From NCBI RefSeq assembly GCF_016433145.1, contig NC_058132.1:333115122-333179121 (forward strand): a DNA stretch of 64,000 nt. Reading direction: 5' to 3'. Origin of the DNA: Gracilinanus agilis (lineage: Eukaryota). The notes beneath the pieces were generated by a model. That model ran no database searches. It had not been told where the DNA came from and saw only the letters and a program-made list of their open reading frames with translations. Positions 12,818 through 24,225 of this stretch are shown here, piece by piece. The position numbers and the translations under genes are program-made. Each line of letters begins with the position of its first letter. The first letter of the stretch is position 1.

Positions 12818-14169
12818 ATCTAAATAGAATTTAGAAGTGGGAGTCATACAATCTGATGAGTTTATATGGAGAATGTAATATATACAAGGCACTATGACAT
12901 CTACTCAGGAGAATAAAAAGGTGCATAAGGCATGGTCCTGGACCTGAGGGCATTTATACTCTGGCAGAGTCATTAAGTAAAATATCATTTAAGCTGGACA
13001 AAACCAAATTCCATGTACTTCTAGAACTGTTAGCTTTATAATATCTCCTCCCTGTGGTAAGGTGGTATCTTACCACAATTGACTTGAGAGGTTTTGACTG
13101 TCAATGATTTAAACTGGTATGAGAAATTCACATAAAAATATACCCATTACCTGGTTCATGGGCATTAAGAAAGAACAATGTCAAGTCACATGAGGGCTGA
13201 GACTGCACGGCCAGCTGAAAGCCCTGACTTCCCAAATGGGTGGGCAGAAGTCCCTGGCATGGTGAGTGGTATGGGGTAGTTATGTACCTGGACATCAGAA
13301 CACATGACTCAGGCTGCCCAATCAGAAAGCCAACTAGGTGTAACATCATTAGCTGTATAAGAGCCAGGGCTAGTGGGAACTCAAGGTCTTTTTGGAGAGA
13401 GACACTGACACATATCATCTGCCTCACAAGACCACTGTGCTTTATAAACTTTAAAGAGGTATCAAAATGCAAGTTATTTCTAGTTTCCCTCAATTTCCAA
13501 ACAGCTGCTCTATTGTGGTCCCTGGTTCCTCAAGACACTCTTGTCTTCCAGTCTGCTTTCCTCTCTTTTATTGATGAAGTTTTTTCCCCCTGCTTGGAAA
13601 ACTGAGGTGTACTCATACCACAGTTCAGATGGCATCTAGAAGTTATCTGGTCTAATTGCTCTTGTCTTGAAACAGGTAAAGCTAAAGCTCCACATGCAGG
13701 AGGGGAAAGTGTTAATGTTGAATAACAATTGAAGGTGAAGCTTGGGGTTCCTAGGAATTCCTCTAGGAAGCTAGTTTGTGCAAGCAACATCAGGACAGCC
13801 CTCATCAATGGGACATCAAATAGATCAAGCAGGGAGCCAGGGATGAAGCAAGAAACATAGAAGTCATGAGAGTAGGCAGGAGTAAACACCAAACACAAGT
13901 CAAGTTGACCAGCATGGAATACTGAGAGGAAATAATCACACCAACAGGGAAAATGAAAGCAAAATTCAGAAATAAAAATGAGGAAGAACTCTGATGAAAG
14001 TCCAGTTTCATTCATTATCAAGACAAATTGTCAAGTGACAAGGAAGGAGTCTCTGGACTCTCTTTGATGCCGTAGCAAGGAGTGAAAGTCATGTAAACCA
14101 AACTCTTGAAGGAAATACCACATAGGGGACCAGAGACCTAAAACTTCTATTCTACCCAATCATTTAATA

Positions 14170-14890
14170 CAGATTAGATAAACATAATACTAAGAAATCA
14201 ATAGAACAGATTCAATAATACAGAACTAGATTTAAAGGCCTTTGAAAAGCAAATTTAAGAAAACAGTGAAGGATAGTTTTATTTAATTGAAAACTAATGG
14301 GGAAAAATTGAATAATAGTATGATGAAAAATAGCATTAGGTATATATCATATCATACACTAAAATACTTTTCAAAGGGATCATGGATTGAAATATTTTAA
14401 TGGCATAAAATAGAAAATAATAAAATGTCATAAAGAAGTTAAAAGAAGAAATTGTAGGAGATGAAACTGGAGAATTTGAATATATAAAAACAAAGAATCA
14501 ATTTTGCATAAAAAGATAATACACAAAAATATAATTTTTTAAAAGGAAGAAAATTATCATGATAAAGATTTTGATAAAAAGTTAACATTCCAATTGTATA
14601 AGAAATTGATACAGATTTATAAGATTAAGATCCATATTCCCCAATAAGCAAATAATTAAAGTACATGAGTTGAGAGCTTTCAAAAATAGGAATATAAATT
14701 ATCCATAACTACATGATAAAGCATTCAAATGCTTCAATAATTGCAAAAATGTGATTAAAACAATCTTGAAATTTCACTTTATACCCATTAAACTGACAAA
14801 GAGAAGTTAAAATGATAAAATTCAATACTGATGGGACTTTGGGAAAATAGACATACTATTATAATGGATGAATAAATTAGCATTTATTAA
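14170..14890 (+). mobile_element. Old L1, 3' ORF2 relic (part 1)
   Basis: A-rich degraded L1 signature (gaaatttcactttatacccattaaactgacaaa...); appears to continue at 15510. Confidence 0.65.
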
Positions 14891-14966
14891 TTATCCACCA
14901 TGTTCAGGGACTTTCCTGGGATACAAACCCAAAGACAAGATAGTTTCTGCCTTCAAGGATCATACA

Positions 14967-15094
14967 NNNNNNNNNNNNNNNNNNNNNNNNNNNNNNNNNN
15001 NNNNNNNNNNNNNNNNNNNNNNNNNNNNNNNNNNNNNNNNNNNNNNNNNNNNNNNNNNNNNNNNNNNNNNNNNNNNNNNNNNNNNNNNNNNNNN
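14967..15094. other. Assembly gap (128 N)
   Basis: Run of N. Confidence 1.
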
Positions 15095-15509
15095 AGAGTT
15101 TGGGTTTGGAGTCACAAGGAAGATGAGTTGAGCCATAGGGCAGATAACTGCTGTGCCCTTTCTAGAAGTTATGGTAATGTTGATTTGATTACTATTCTCA
15201 GACCAAGAAGTGGAGAGTCTGAGAGTGGATAGATCCACAGTGGTAGAGAAGAATTCAAGATCCTCTGGGTAGATGGCTGGATGAAATGTGAAGCATGGTC
15301 TGGGGTTAGCTAGATATAGTAAGCTAAATGAGTTGGCACCGATTCACTTTCTAATCTGAAAAGCTCAGCCACAGCAAAGTGTTCCAAAGTTTAGTGGATT
15401 AACTCACCTAGGGAGGCAGAGTTTGTTCCTGGAAGAGTTAATTCAAAGGATGCTATTCAATTTGAGAAGAAAGAGGCAGCAGCAGGGTAGATTTCAAGAT
15501 ACTCAGGCT

Positions 15510-16060
15510 AGAATTATGGATTCACACAATATTTTTGGAAAGTAACATGGAATTATATGATAAGACTTAAAAGTCTATTCATATTCTTTGGTCCAATTAT
15601 CTCATTATTGTGATAGCCTAAGGATACTTTTTATGGTAGAAAGAAAAAGCAGCATCATACAATGGGCCAAAAACATGAAGACAACCTCACTATACAACAA
15701 CTGGGAAATGATTGATAAGTGACAAATATGAAGAATTTAAAGTAACTTCAAAAATTTATGTGGACAACATATACATTGATTGCAACTACGTAAGTAATAG
15801 CAAAAAGAACGGTAATGACATCTAGAAATTATACATAGAATAAGGATAAATGACGATTCATATAAAAACAGAACAAGTCTGATAAACTGAAAGTTAATTT
15901 ACATATTTTTGTTTAACAGGCAGTATATGATAGACATTAATGATTTATGTAAAATTTTTTTTGTTTTTTGTTTATGTATTTAAAGGTTTGTTTTTTGAAA
16001 GCTGTCAAGTATGTAACTTTTTAAAAGAATTATTCTAAGTTATAATATTAAAAGGCTAGA
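15510..16060 (+). mobile_element. Old L1, 3' relic (part 2)
   Basis: tttttggaaagtaacatggaatt...ttcatattctttggtccaattatctcattatt continues the L1 ORF2 3' order of part 1. Confidence 0.6.
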
Positions 16061-16427
16061 TTTATTCAATCCTTTAGTAGAAGTGAGAATAATGGAATTG
16101 TAGAGCTAGAAGAGACCTTAGAGAGAATCTTATATAGGAATAATTGAGATCTGAAAGATCAAATACAGTATGAAAAGAGTTAAATCAGAAGCACTGAACT
16201 TAGAATCGGGAGACCAGTGTTCAGATCTAACCTCAGAAGCTTACAAACTATATCACAGTACACAAGTCAGTCACTCAACCTTTTACAGTCTGACTTTCCT
16301 CATCTCTAAAAGGAGGTAGCTGATTAAGAGGATCTTTAAGCTCTTTTCAACCTCTACCATTCAAAATTTCCATTACTCTAACAATGGTGGAACACAAGGG
16401 TATCTACATTATCTATTTTACACTCTG

Positions 16428-16675
16428 CCACTGGGTGGTGCAGAGGATAGAATGCCAGGCCCAGAGTTAGAAAGATTCTTCTTCCTAAATTCAAATCCAG
16501 TTTCAGACACTTGCTAGATGTGATACCCTGAGCAAGTCTTTAACCCTCTCCACCTCAGTTTCCTCATTTGCAAAATGAGCTAGAGAAAGAAATGTCAAAC
16601 CAGTCCAGTATCTTTGCCAAGAAAACCCTAAATGGGCCAATGAAAGTCAGACATGATGAAAACAAATGAACACTA
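16428..16675 (+). mobile_element. Mar1-type SINE
   Basis: Head, CORE and aaccagtccagtatctttgccaagaaaacc tail. Confidence 0.85.
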
Positions 16676-18154
16676 CCCAAAAACGAAGCATAATCTTTGG
16701 GAACTCTATTTTCCATCACTATGGATTAAATGGATCCTAAGAAAATCGGAAATAAGACAGTGATGTTTTGTTGGCAGAATTAAAGTTGATAAAAATGAAA
16801 AGGTGGACAATCATCTCATCTTAGCCCTATGATTATTCAATTGTAAGCTTCATGGAAGCAAAGACACTGTCTAATTAATTTTCTTTCTTCTCTCAGCACC
16901 CAATATGCACAATGATCTTGCAAGTAGGAGGCATTTGATAAATGACTGTTGAATTTGCTCATTCGGTTGTTTACCATCATTCACTTCAGCCTATTATGAT
17001 TTGTCTTCTGATTCTTGTTCTAATACCTCATACTCTCTCATCACCCTATTCCATCACTTGAGTTCCGTAATAATATGACTCTACGCAATCCTGGATATTT
17101 CCCGAACTCAATGCTGTGGGGAATGCAGTGACTTCATCATTAATACTTTTCAACAGTGAATCATCATTACACATTCCAAGTTCATGGGTGACTGGTGAAC
17201 TGTACCTGGAATGGTGACTTTTCCCCATCTTTGCTGCCTTATTAAATAAGCAAGTATTTCCTAAGGGAAGAATACTCTTAGCATCAGCAGAGCTTGGAGG
17301 GAGGGGTGCAGAAGAAACAGAGCTGAGGCTTGTAGATTATTCTTCCCACTCACAATTCCTAGAAAGCAGAAGAGGAAAGCAAGAGAGACCGAGAGAAATC
17401 ACAAAAGGAATTGAAAGGGAAAGGGGGAAGGGGGGGAGGAGAGATGAGGGAAAGGAAAAGAAGCCAGGGAAGAGCATAAAGCATAATTTTTGAGCTTGCA
17501 AAGAAAAGGGAAAATGAACCTGGGAACTCAGAAGAATGAAGCCATTAAAGAGAGGGCCCAAAGAAGGGTAGAAAAAGATGTACTAAAAGAAATGGGAGGA
17601 AATAACTCCTCTTTCTTATTATCTCCAGTTTTCTCTGCTACAATTCTCTTAGGACGATAGAATGTTGTTAGAAATGCAAGAAACCTTCAAGAGTTTCTGA
17701 CTCAACTCACCATCCCACCACCCAGGTCCCTACACTTTGCATATAAATAAATAGGCTAGTGCCCAGAGAGAACTACCTTGCCTGAAGCATACCACTGGCA
17801 AATCCAGCTTCCAGAATTCTCCATCCATGACTGTATATTATTATACCAGTATTATAAGTTTGTGAATCCCATGCTGTATGCAAAGGAGGAATGAAGGAGT
17901 GAAAACAAAACCAAGAGTGGGAATACAAAGGAAAGGAACCCAGTTTAAAGATAAGGTCTACACTTAGAACTCTGGCTAAATTACCCAGGGGCTAGCTAAG
18001 AAAACTGAAGCCCCTATTTGATTTGGTACTCACAGGGTTGTTATGAGAATAAAATGAGATAGCATTTGTAAAGTGTTTAGCACAATGTCTGGCATGTACT
18101 AGGTCTTAATAAATGTCTATTCCCTTCCCTTTTCCCTATTTGTATTTAATGAAA

Positions 18155-18363
18155 GGGGAACAGCTAAGTGGCTTATTGGATAGAGAGCCATGACTAGAGA
18201 AGGGAGGTTTGGGGTTCAAATGTGACTTCAGACATTTCCTAGCTGTGTGACCCTGGGCAAGGCACTTAACCATTACTTCTTAGCTCTTCCTGCAATTCTG
18301 CCTTGGATCTGATACTTAGTACTGATTCTAAGTTTTGTTTTTTTTTTAAGGTAATTGTTTTTT
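18155..18363 (+). mobile_element. Opossum CORE-SINE (preceded by a MIR tail at 18015-18135)
   Basis: cagctaagtggcttattggatagagagcc...gtgtgaccctgggcaag...ctgccttggatctgatacttagtactgattctaag. Confidence 0.85.
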
Positions 18364-18379
18364 AAAAAAAGTAAAAGGG

Positions 18380-19101
18380 ACATTGATGCATTGCTGGTGG
18401 AGTTGTGAAATGATCTGGCCATTCTGGCTGGCAATTTGGAACTGTGCCCAAAGGGCTATAAAAGACTGCCTGCCCTATGATCCAGCTATACCATTGCTGG
18501 GTTTGTACCCCAAACAGATCATAGATAAACAGACTTGTACGAAAATATTTATAGCTGCGCTTTTTGTAGTGGCAAAAAACTGGAAAATGAGGGGATGTCC
18601 TTCAATTGGGGAATGGCTGAACAAATTGTGGTATATGCGGGTAATGGAATACTATTGTGCTAAAAGGAATAATAAACTGGAGGAATTCCATGCAAATTGG
18701 AGAGACCTCCAGGAAGTGATGCAGAGCGAAAGGAGCAGAGCCAGAAGAACATTGTACACAGAGACTGATATACTATGGTAAAATCAAATGTAATGGGCTC
18801 CTGTACCAGCAGCACTGCAATGACACAAGACAGCTCTGAGGGATTTATGGTAAAGACGCTACCCACATTCAGAGGAAGGACTGCAGGAGAGGAAACATAT
18901 AAGATAAACAATTGCTTGAATGCATGGGCTGAGGCAGACATGAATGGGAAATAGACCCTGAACAAGGACACATGTTACAACCAGTAGAAATGTGCGTTGG
19001 CCATGGGTGGGGGGAGAGCGGGGGGTGAAGGGGAAAGTAGGGGCATAAAGTATGTAAACAGATTAAAAATGAATATTAATAAATGTCTAATAAAAAAAGA
19101 A
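18380..19101 (+). mobile_element. Young 5'-truncated L1 (ORF2 C-terminus, 3'UTR, poly(A))
   Basis: Intact ORF 18383-18781 MHCWWSCEMIWPFW...CPSIGEWLNKLWY (L1 ORF2 C-terminus), G-rich UTR, A-tail, and perfect TSD aaaaaaagtaaaaggg at 18364-18379 and 19102-19117. Confidence 0.97.
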
Positions 19102-20117
19102 AAAAAAAGTAAAAGGGCCACTTTGTTTTATGGGAGAAAAGAAATTAGGATTCAGATCCCAGCTTTGATATTTACTAGCAAATTATTCTACATTTCCACA
19201 TCTGTAAAATGAAGGAGTTGAACTAGATGAGCTTTAAAATCCTATCTACCTCCAAGTCTCATGAATAAGAACAATGACCCTAAACCTTTGCCTTACATGG
19301 GATATACTATTATTATTTGCCTTGGTGGGGGGTGTGAGGAGCAGTCCTTACACACATCCATTACTGAAGGGAATCCCAAAAGACTATGGGAGAACTGAGA
19401 GACTACCAGATTTTCACATAATTCCAAGGTTTAAGTTTCACACAACTCAAGCCATGCCTAACTCCCAAATGTGAGGCATGAATATAACCTCTGAGAACCA
19501 TTGAAATAAAAATAAACCCTGAAATAATAGGTGAGCATCTCTATAAAGTAGTACTACATGGCTGAGGTTCCAAAATGAGAAACTCTTGCTCACTGGAAAA
19601 ATATATTTAAACTCATTGCTTTGGCAAAGTGACCTGTTGTTCTATATATCTCTTTGTCTAGATATAAAGAAAGAAGCCTGACTGGCCAGAGAAAGAAACA
19701 GGGAAAGACTGAAGAAGAGAAGAGATTTCTGGATCAAAGCAAGCAAGATATGGGTTGGACTCTAGTATGCTGGTGCACTGATCTGGGCTAGACATCCTGC
19801 CTATTGGGTGAGCCTGTGAAATCTACAGGGGAAGGTTTTAAGAAGAAAACATGATCTTAAGTCTCTATACTTATACTTCCTTACTTGTACTAGACCCAAA
19901 CCGTGGTTTGTTGTGTTTCCATTTTCTTCAGTCAAAAAAATCAAGGTTATGTTGTCCTAATATCTTCTTCCTTATATCTAGTTGGGAGGTCTTCCTTTCA
20001 TTTAACATAAATTTCTCTTTCTTTTAAACTATATCTAGTCTTCACAAATGAGAACAACCAACTTCTTAATATTATAATAGCTAACATCTATCTAATAATG
20101 ATAGCTGCTATTTATAT

Positions 20118-20375
20118 GGGCAGCTACATGACTCAGTGGATAGAGCAATGAATTTGGAACCAGGAAGACTCATCTTCATAAGGACGAATGTAGACTCATA
20201 CACTTATAAGTTGTGTAACCCTGAGCAAGTCACTTAACTCTATCTCAGTTTCCTCATCAATAAAATGAGCTGGGGAAGGAAATGTCAAACCACTCCAGCA
20301 TCTTTGCCAAGAAAACCCCAAATGAGGTCATAAAGAGTTGGACATGTCTGAAAATATGACTGAACAACAATAAAA
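20118..20375 (+). mobile_element. Mar1-type SINE
   Basis: gggcagctacatgactcagtggatagagc head and aaccactccagcatctttgccaagaaaacccc tail. Confidence 0.85.
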
Positions 20376-20654
20376 ACAGGGAGACAATGGTCCGAGCACT
20401 TTCATTTATTAATTAGGCTAACAAATAAATTGGGTCAAGGACTTCTCTCAATGTTTAAGGACCCTGACTGAGCTGATAGGGTCTTTTAAACCTATGTGTG
20501 TCTTCCTTCTGATTGGACCACCCAGAGCAAAAGTAAGACAATGACAATTGATAGGCATTTTAATGAGGAGGAAGTTATCTCAATACCTGCCCATAATTTC
20601 CTCAGTTCCAGAGATAGAAGCAATTCCCTGGTGTTAGGGTTAGGCTGCAGACTT

Positions 20655-20850
20655 AGGTTGGGGTTTTCTTGGCAAAGATGGAGGAGTGGTTTTCCATTTC
20701 CTTCTCCAACTCATTTTACTTATGTGGAAGCTGAGGCAAACACAGTTAAGTGGCTTTCCAAAGGGCACATAGCTAGTAAGTGTCTACGGTCAGATTTGAA
20801 CTCAGGAAGATGTGTCTTCTTTACTCCAGATCCATTGCACCTCCCAGCTG
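20655..20850 (-). mobile_element. Mar1/RTE-tailed SINE
   Basis: gggttttcttggcaaagatggaggagtggttttccatttccttctcc followed by antisense CORE. Confidence 0.8.
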
Positions 20851-21479
20851 TTAAGTGGGTGGTGTGTGAAGTTACAAAGGAACTTACATTTGAGTTAAAT
20901 GGGTGATAGATTAGATTACAAAGTGGATAATGCTAGGGTAGTGATACAAGTTAAAATAGTAGAATTGATACTTAAATGACAGGAGGTTACCTGAGTAAAG
21001 GCTGGGAGTGCTTACATGACAAAAGTTTGACCTTTAGGCAAGTCTCTTTGGAGTAGGTGATGGGTAAAATTACAAGAAAAAGGATTTCAGACTCCTTTGG
21101 CATGAGAGAGTATTAAACCTGTGTCAGTTTGACTATGTCTTAAAAATAGAATTAACATTAGTTTTCAGTTTTACAACCCTTAGAGTTGAGAACAAACTCT
21201 TCATTTAATAGGTAAAGAAACCAAGTCACACAGAGTTTCCAGAGTCATGGGGCTAATAAGTATCTGAATCAGGATTTGAACCCAAGTCTTCCTGATTCCA
21301 GATCTAGTGTCCTGTCTATTCTGACCTAGTGTCTATTGTTGGGTGACTCTACAACAAACTCTGGACTTGAGTTTTCCCACATATAAAGAAGGAATAAAAA
21401 CCCTAGAGTATCTACCTTATGATTGTCATGAGGATGAAATGAGATCACATGCATCAAGCAATTTCTACTGAAATATATT

Positions 21480-21870
21480 AGCATACTATTCTTACACAGC
21501 CCAAATACTGCCATTACACCACTTTCAATCTTCTCTTTCCTAAGCTAAACAATCATCCATCCTATAACCTTTCCTCAGAGAACTCATTTTCCATTACTTT
21601 AATTTACCTTTTAGACATTTTTCTGACCCTACTCCATTTTCCTGTTTAAAAAAGTGTCATGACCTAAAAATCTTCCCATTACTTTACCGATGACACAACA
21701 AACCTTAATTGCTAAGGGGCTTTTAAAGTCATATTCCTTTTAACATTCCCAAGCATTATTTTGGTTATTCTACTTCCATAGCAATAGTAGGGCCAAGTTG
21801 TTGATTTATATTCAACTATGACCTCATGTCTTTTCCTACCTTATAATCTATAAAAGAGAAGACCATGCTT
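21480..21870 (-). mobile_element. CR1/L3 fragment
   Basis: tcttctctttcctaagctaaacaat...ctataacctttcctcagag resembles antisense L3. Confidence 0.55.
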
Positions 21871-22789
21871 GTCCAGCTTGCCAATAAGAAGAGAGGGATT
21901 ACATCACTTGCTTGCCCCTTTTCTGTGAAGGCTGCCCATCTTTCATGGGGAAAAAATGTTACCCTGCTATATGTGATTATTTGCTCTCCATGATCCCAAA
22001 TTCTTTCTTAGACTGGTAGAACTCTATTAGAAGTTAGTATTGTGACCCAAGATAGAACAATATTATAGGTTTGTAGTGAAATATTCATTACATTAGAAAG
22101 CTAGAAGGAACCTCAAACAGTTATCTAGTCTAATTATCTTATTTTACAGATAAGGAAACTGAGGCAGCAGGCTATTAAGTGACTTGTCCAAGATCACACA
22201 GATAGTTCACCTCAGAATCCCTCTATTTGAACCCATGTCCTCTTACTCCAGAAATCAATGTTCTTTCTACTGTCCCAGAATACTACTATGTCATAAGAAA
22301 CAATTATCAGGCTAATTAAAAAAAAAACTTGAAAAGAGCTACCTGGGATAATGAACAGTGAAATGAATAGAATCAAGAGAACATCATACATAGCTATAAA
22401 ATTATTACTGGAAGAGTAAATGTGAATGTTGCCTCCAGAGAGTAAACTGAAAGGTAGAAACATGAAAAAATTTATATGAACATGTCTATCTCCCATACAG
22501 GGAGGGGCCTGGAACTCTTGTGGATAAATTCTGTCAACAAAAATAAATAAATAAAGTTTTCAACCTCATTCTCTCTTCCAGAGTCACTGAAGTCCAATGG
22601 CAAAATGAAAGTTAAGAAGAATGGAGATTATCCAGGATTCAATAAATGATTTTGGTATCTTTGATGTTTGACCAAGTTCTAAGTGTTCTACAACAGTCAC
22701 CAGCATGGCTGTTGGAATAAATTGTTCTCATTCACCCAGGTCACTGAGGAAAAGTCTTCATATGTTGGGTGTGTACACCCCCCCACACT

Positions 22790-23030
22790 CAAATAGCCAA
22801 AGAGTTTGAGGTGTGTTAGCTATCTTCAACCTGGTTTAGCACATCTGCTGAGGTGGTTTGCAAGGATGTGCCCACTGAGCATGCTACAGCTTCTTTTAGA
22901 TACAGGTTAGAGATGAGTGTTAGATGTATATATACCAAAGGTGAATGAGCAGCCCTGAAAAGAGCTCCACAACCCCTCACACCAAAGATACTAGTTCTGG
23001 AACTCACTATACACCTCTGAACACCTCATA
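22790..23030 (+). mobile_element. Marsupial RTE-related repeat, 5' fragment
   Basis: aacctggtttagcacatctgctgag...gcatgctacagcttct...accaaaggtgaatgagcagccctgaaaagagctc recalls marsupial RTE/WALLSI heads; family assignment uncertain. Confidence 0.45.
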
Positions 23031-23245
23031 TAACCCAAGCAGGATTTAATTACATCTTAAAAAAGACAGGAAATCTGAGAGACAGAAATGAGGTAGGAGA
23101 ACATTACAGGTCCGAGGGATAGCAAGTGAAAATAACAAAAGTCAAGAGATGGCAAGGTTTGTTGGAGCAATAATAAGGAGGTTAGTGTTTTACTGGATAC
23201 CAGAGAATATAGAGAGGAGTATAAGGTATAAGAATATTGGAAAGG

Positions 23246-24225
23246 ATCCTACAATATGCTGTCTACAAGAAACACATTTGAATCAGGGAGACACACACAG
23301 AGTAAAGGTAAGAGACTGGAACAGATTCTATTATGCTTCAACTGAAGTTTTAAAAAAAACAGAAATGGCAATCATGATCTCAGACAACATTAAGGCAAAA
23401 ATAGAACTAATTAAAAGAGATAAGGAAGGAAATTATATCTTGCTCAAAGGTACAATAAATAATAAAGTAATATCAATACTAAACATATGTGCACCAAATG
23501 GCATAGCATCCAGATTTTTAAAGACATTAAATGACTTACTGGAAGAAATAGTAAAATTATACTAGTAGGGGACCTCAATTTTCCCCTCTCAGAAGTAAGT
23601 AAATCTTGCCAAAAATAAACAAGAAAGAAGCTAAAGAAGTAAATAGAATTTTAGAAAACTTAGATAGGAGAGATATCTTGAGAAAATTGAATGGGAATAA
23701 AAAGGAATATGTCTTTTTCTCAGCAGTGCTGGCAATTACAGAAAAAAGATCATATATTAGGGCAAAACAAATGCAAAAACTCACAAACAAATGCAGAAAA
23801 GCAGAAATATTTAGCACATCTTTTTCAGATCATAATGCAATAGCAATTATATTTAATAAAAGACCATGGAGAGAAAAATTTAAAATTAATTGGAAACTAA
23901 ATAATCTAATTCTAAGGAATAACTGTGCCAAAGAATGTCATAGAAATAATGAGCAAATTCATCAAAGAAAATACCAACAATGAAACAATATACCAAAATT
24001 TATGAGATATAGCCAAAGAAGTACTTGAGGAAAAATGCAAATCTCTAAATGCTTACATCAATAACTTAGAGAAAGAACAGATCAATGAATTGGGCAATTT
24101 GGAAAAAGAACAAATTAAAACACCCCCATTAAACACCAAATTGGAAATCTTGAAAATCAAAAGTGAGATAAATAAAGTTGAAAGTAAGAAAACCACTGAA
24201 CTGAAAACTAAAACTTAGTTTTATG
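23246..24225 (+). mobile_element. L1 ORF2 internal fragment (endonuclease domain to about KTKSWFYEK), with frameshifts
   Basis: DPTICCLQETHL...DKEGNYILLKGTI...NICAPN...SDHNAI motifs; flanked by aagaata(t/c)tggaaagg at 23230-23245 and 24226-24241. Confidence 0.95.

Noticed and set aside
13530-14021. 163 aa minus-strand ORF as a gene
   Set aside because: No recognisable domain; its F/L/S bias mirrors the purine-rich plus strand; no supporting splice or promoter context.
14868-15238. ORFs spanning the first N-gap (and 33728-34061 at the second gap)
   Set aside because: They are open only because N codons translate as X.
16985-17175. C/D-box snoRNA (ATGATGA boxes on the minus strand)
   Set aside because: No CTGA D box at a suitable distance together with a terminal stem.
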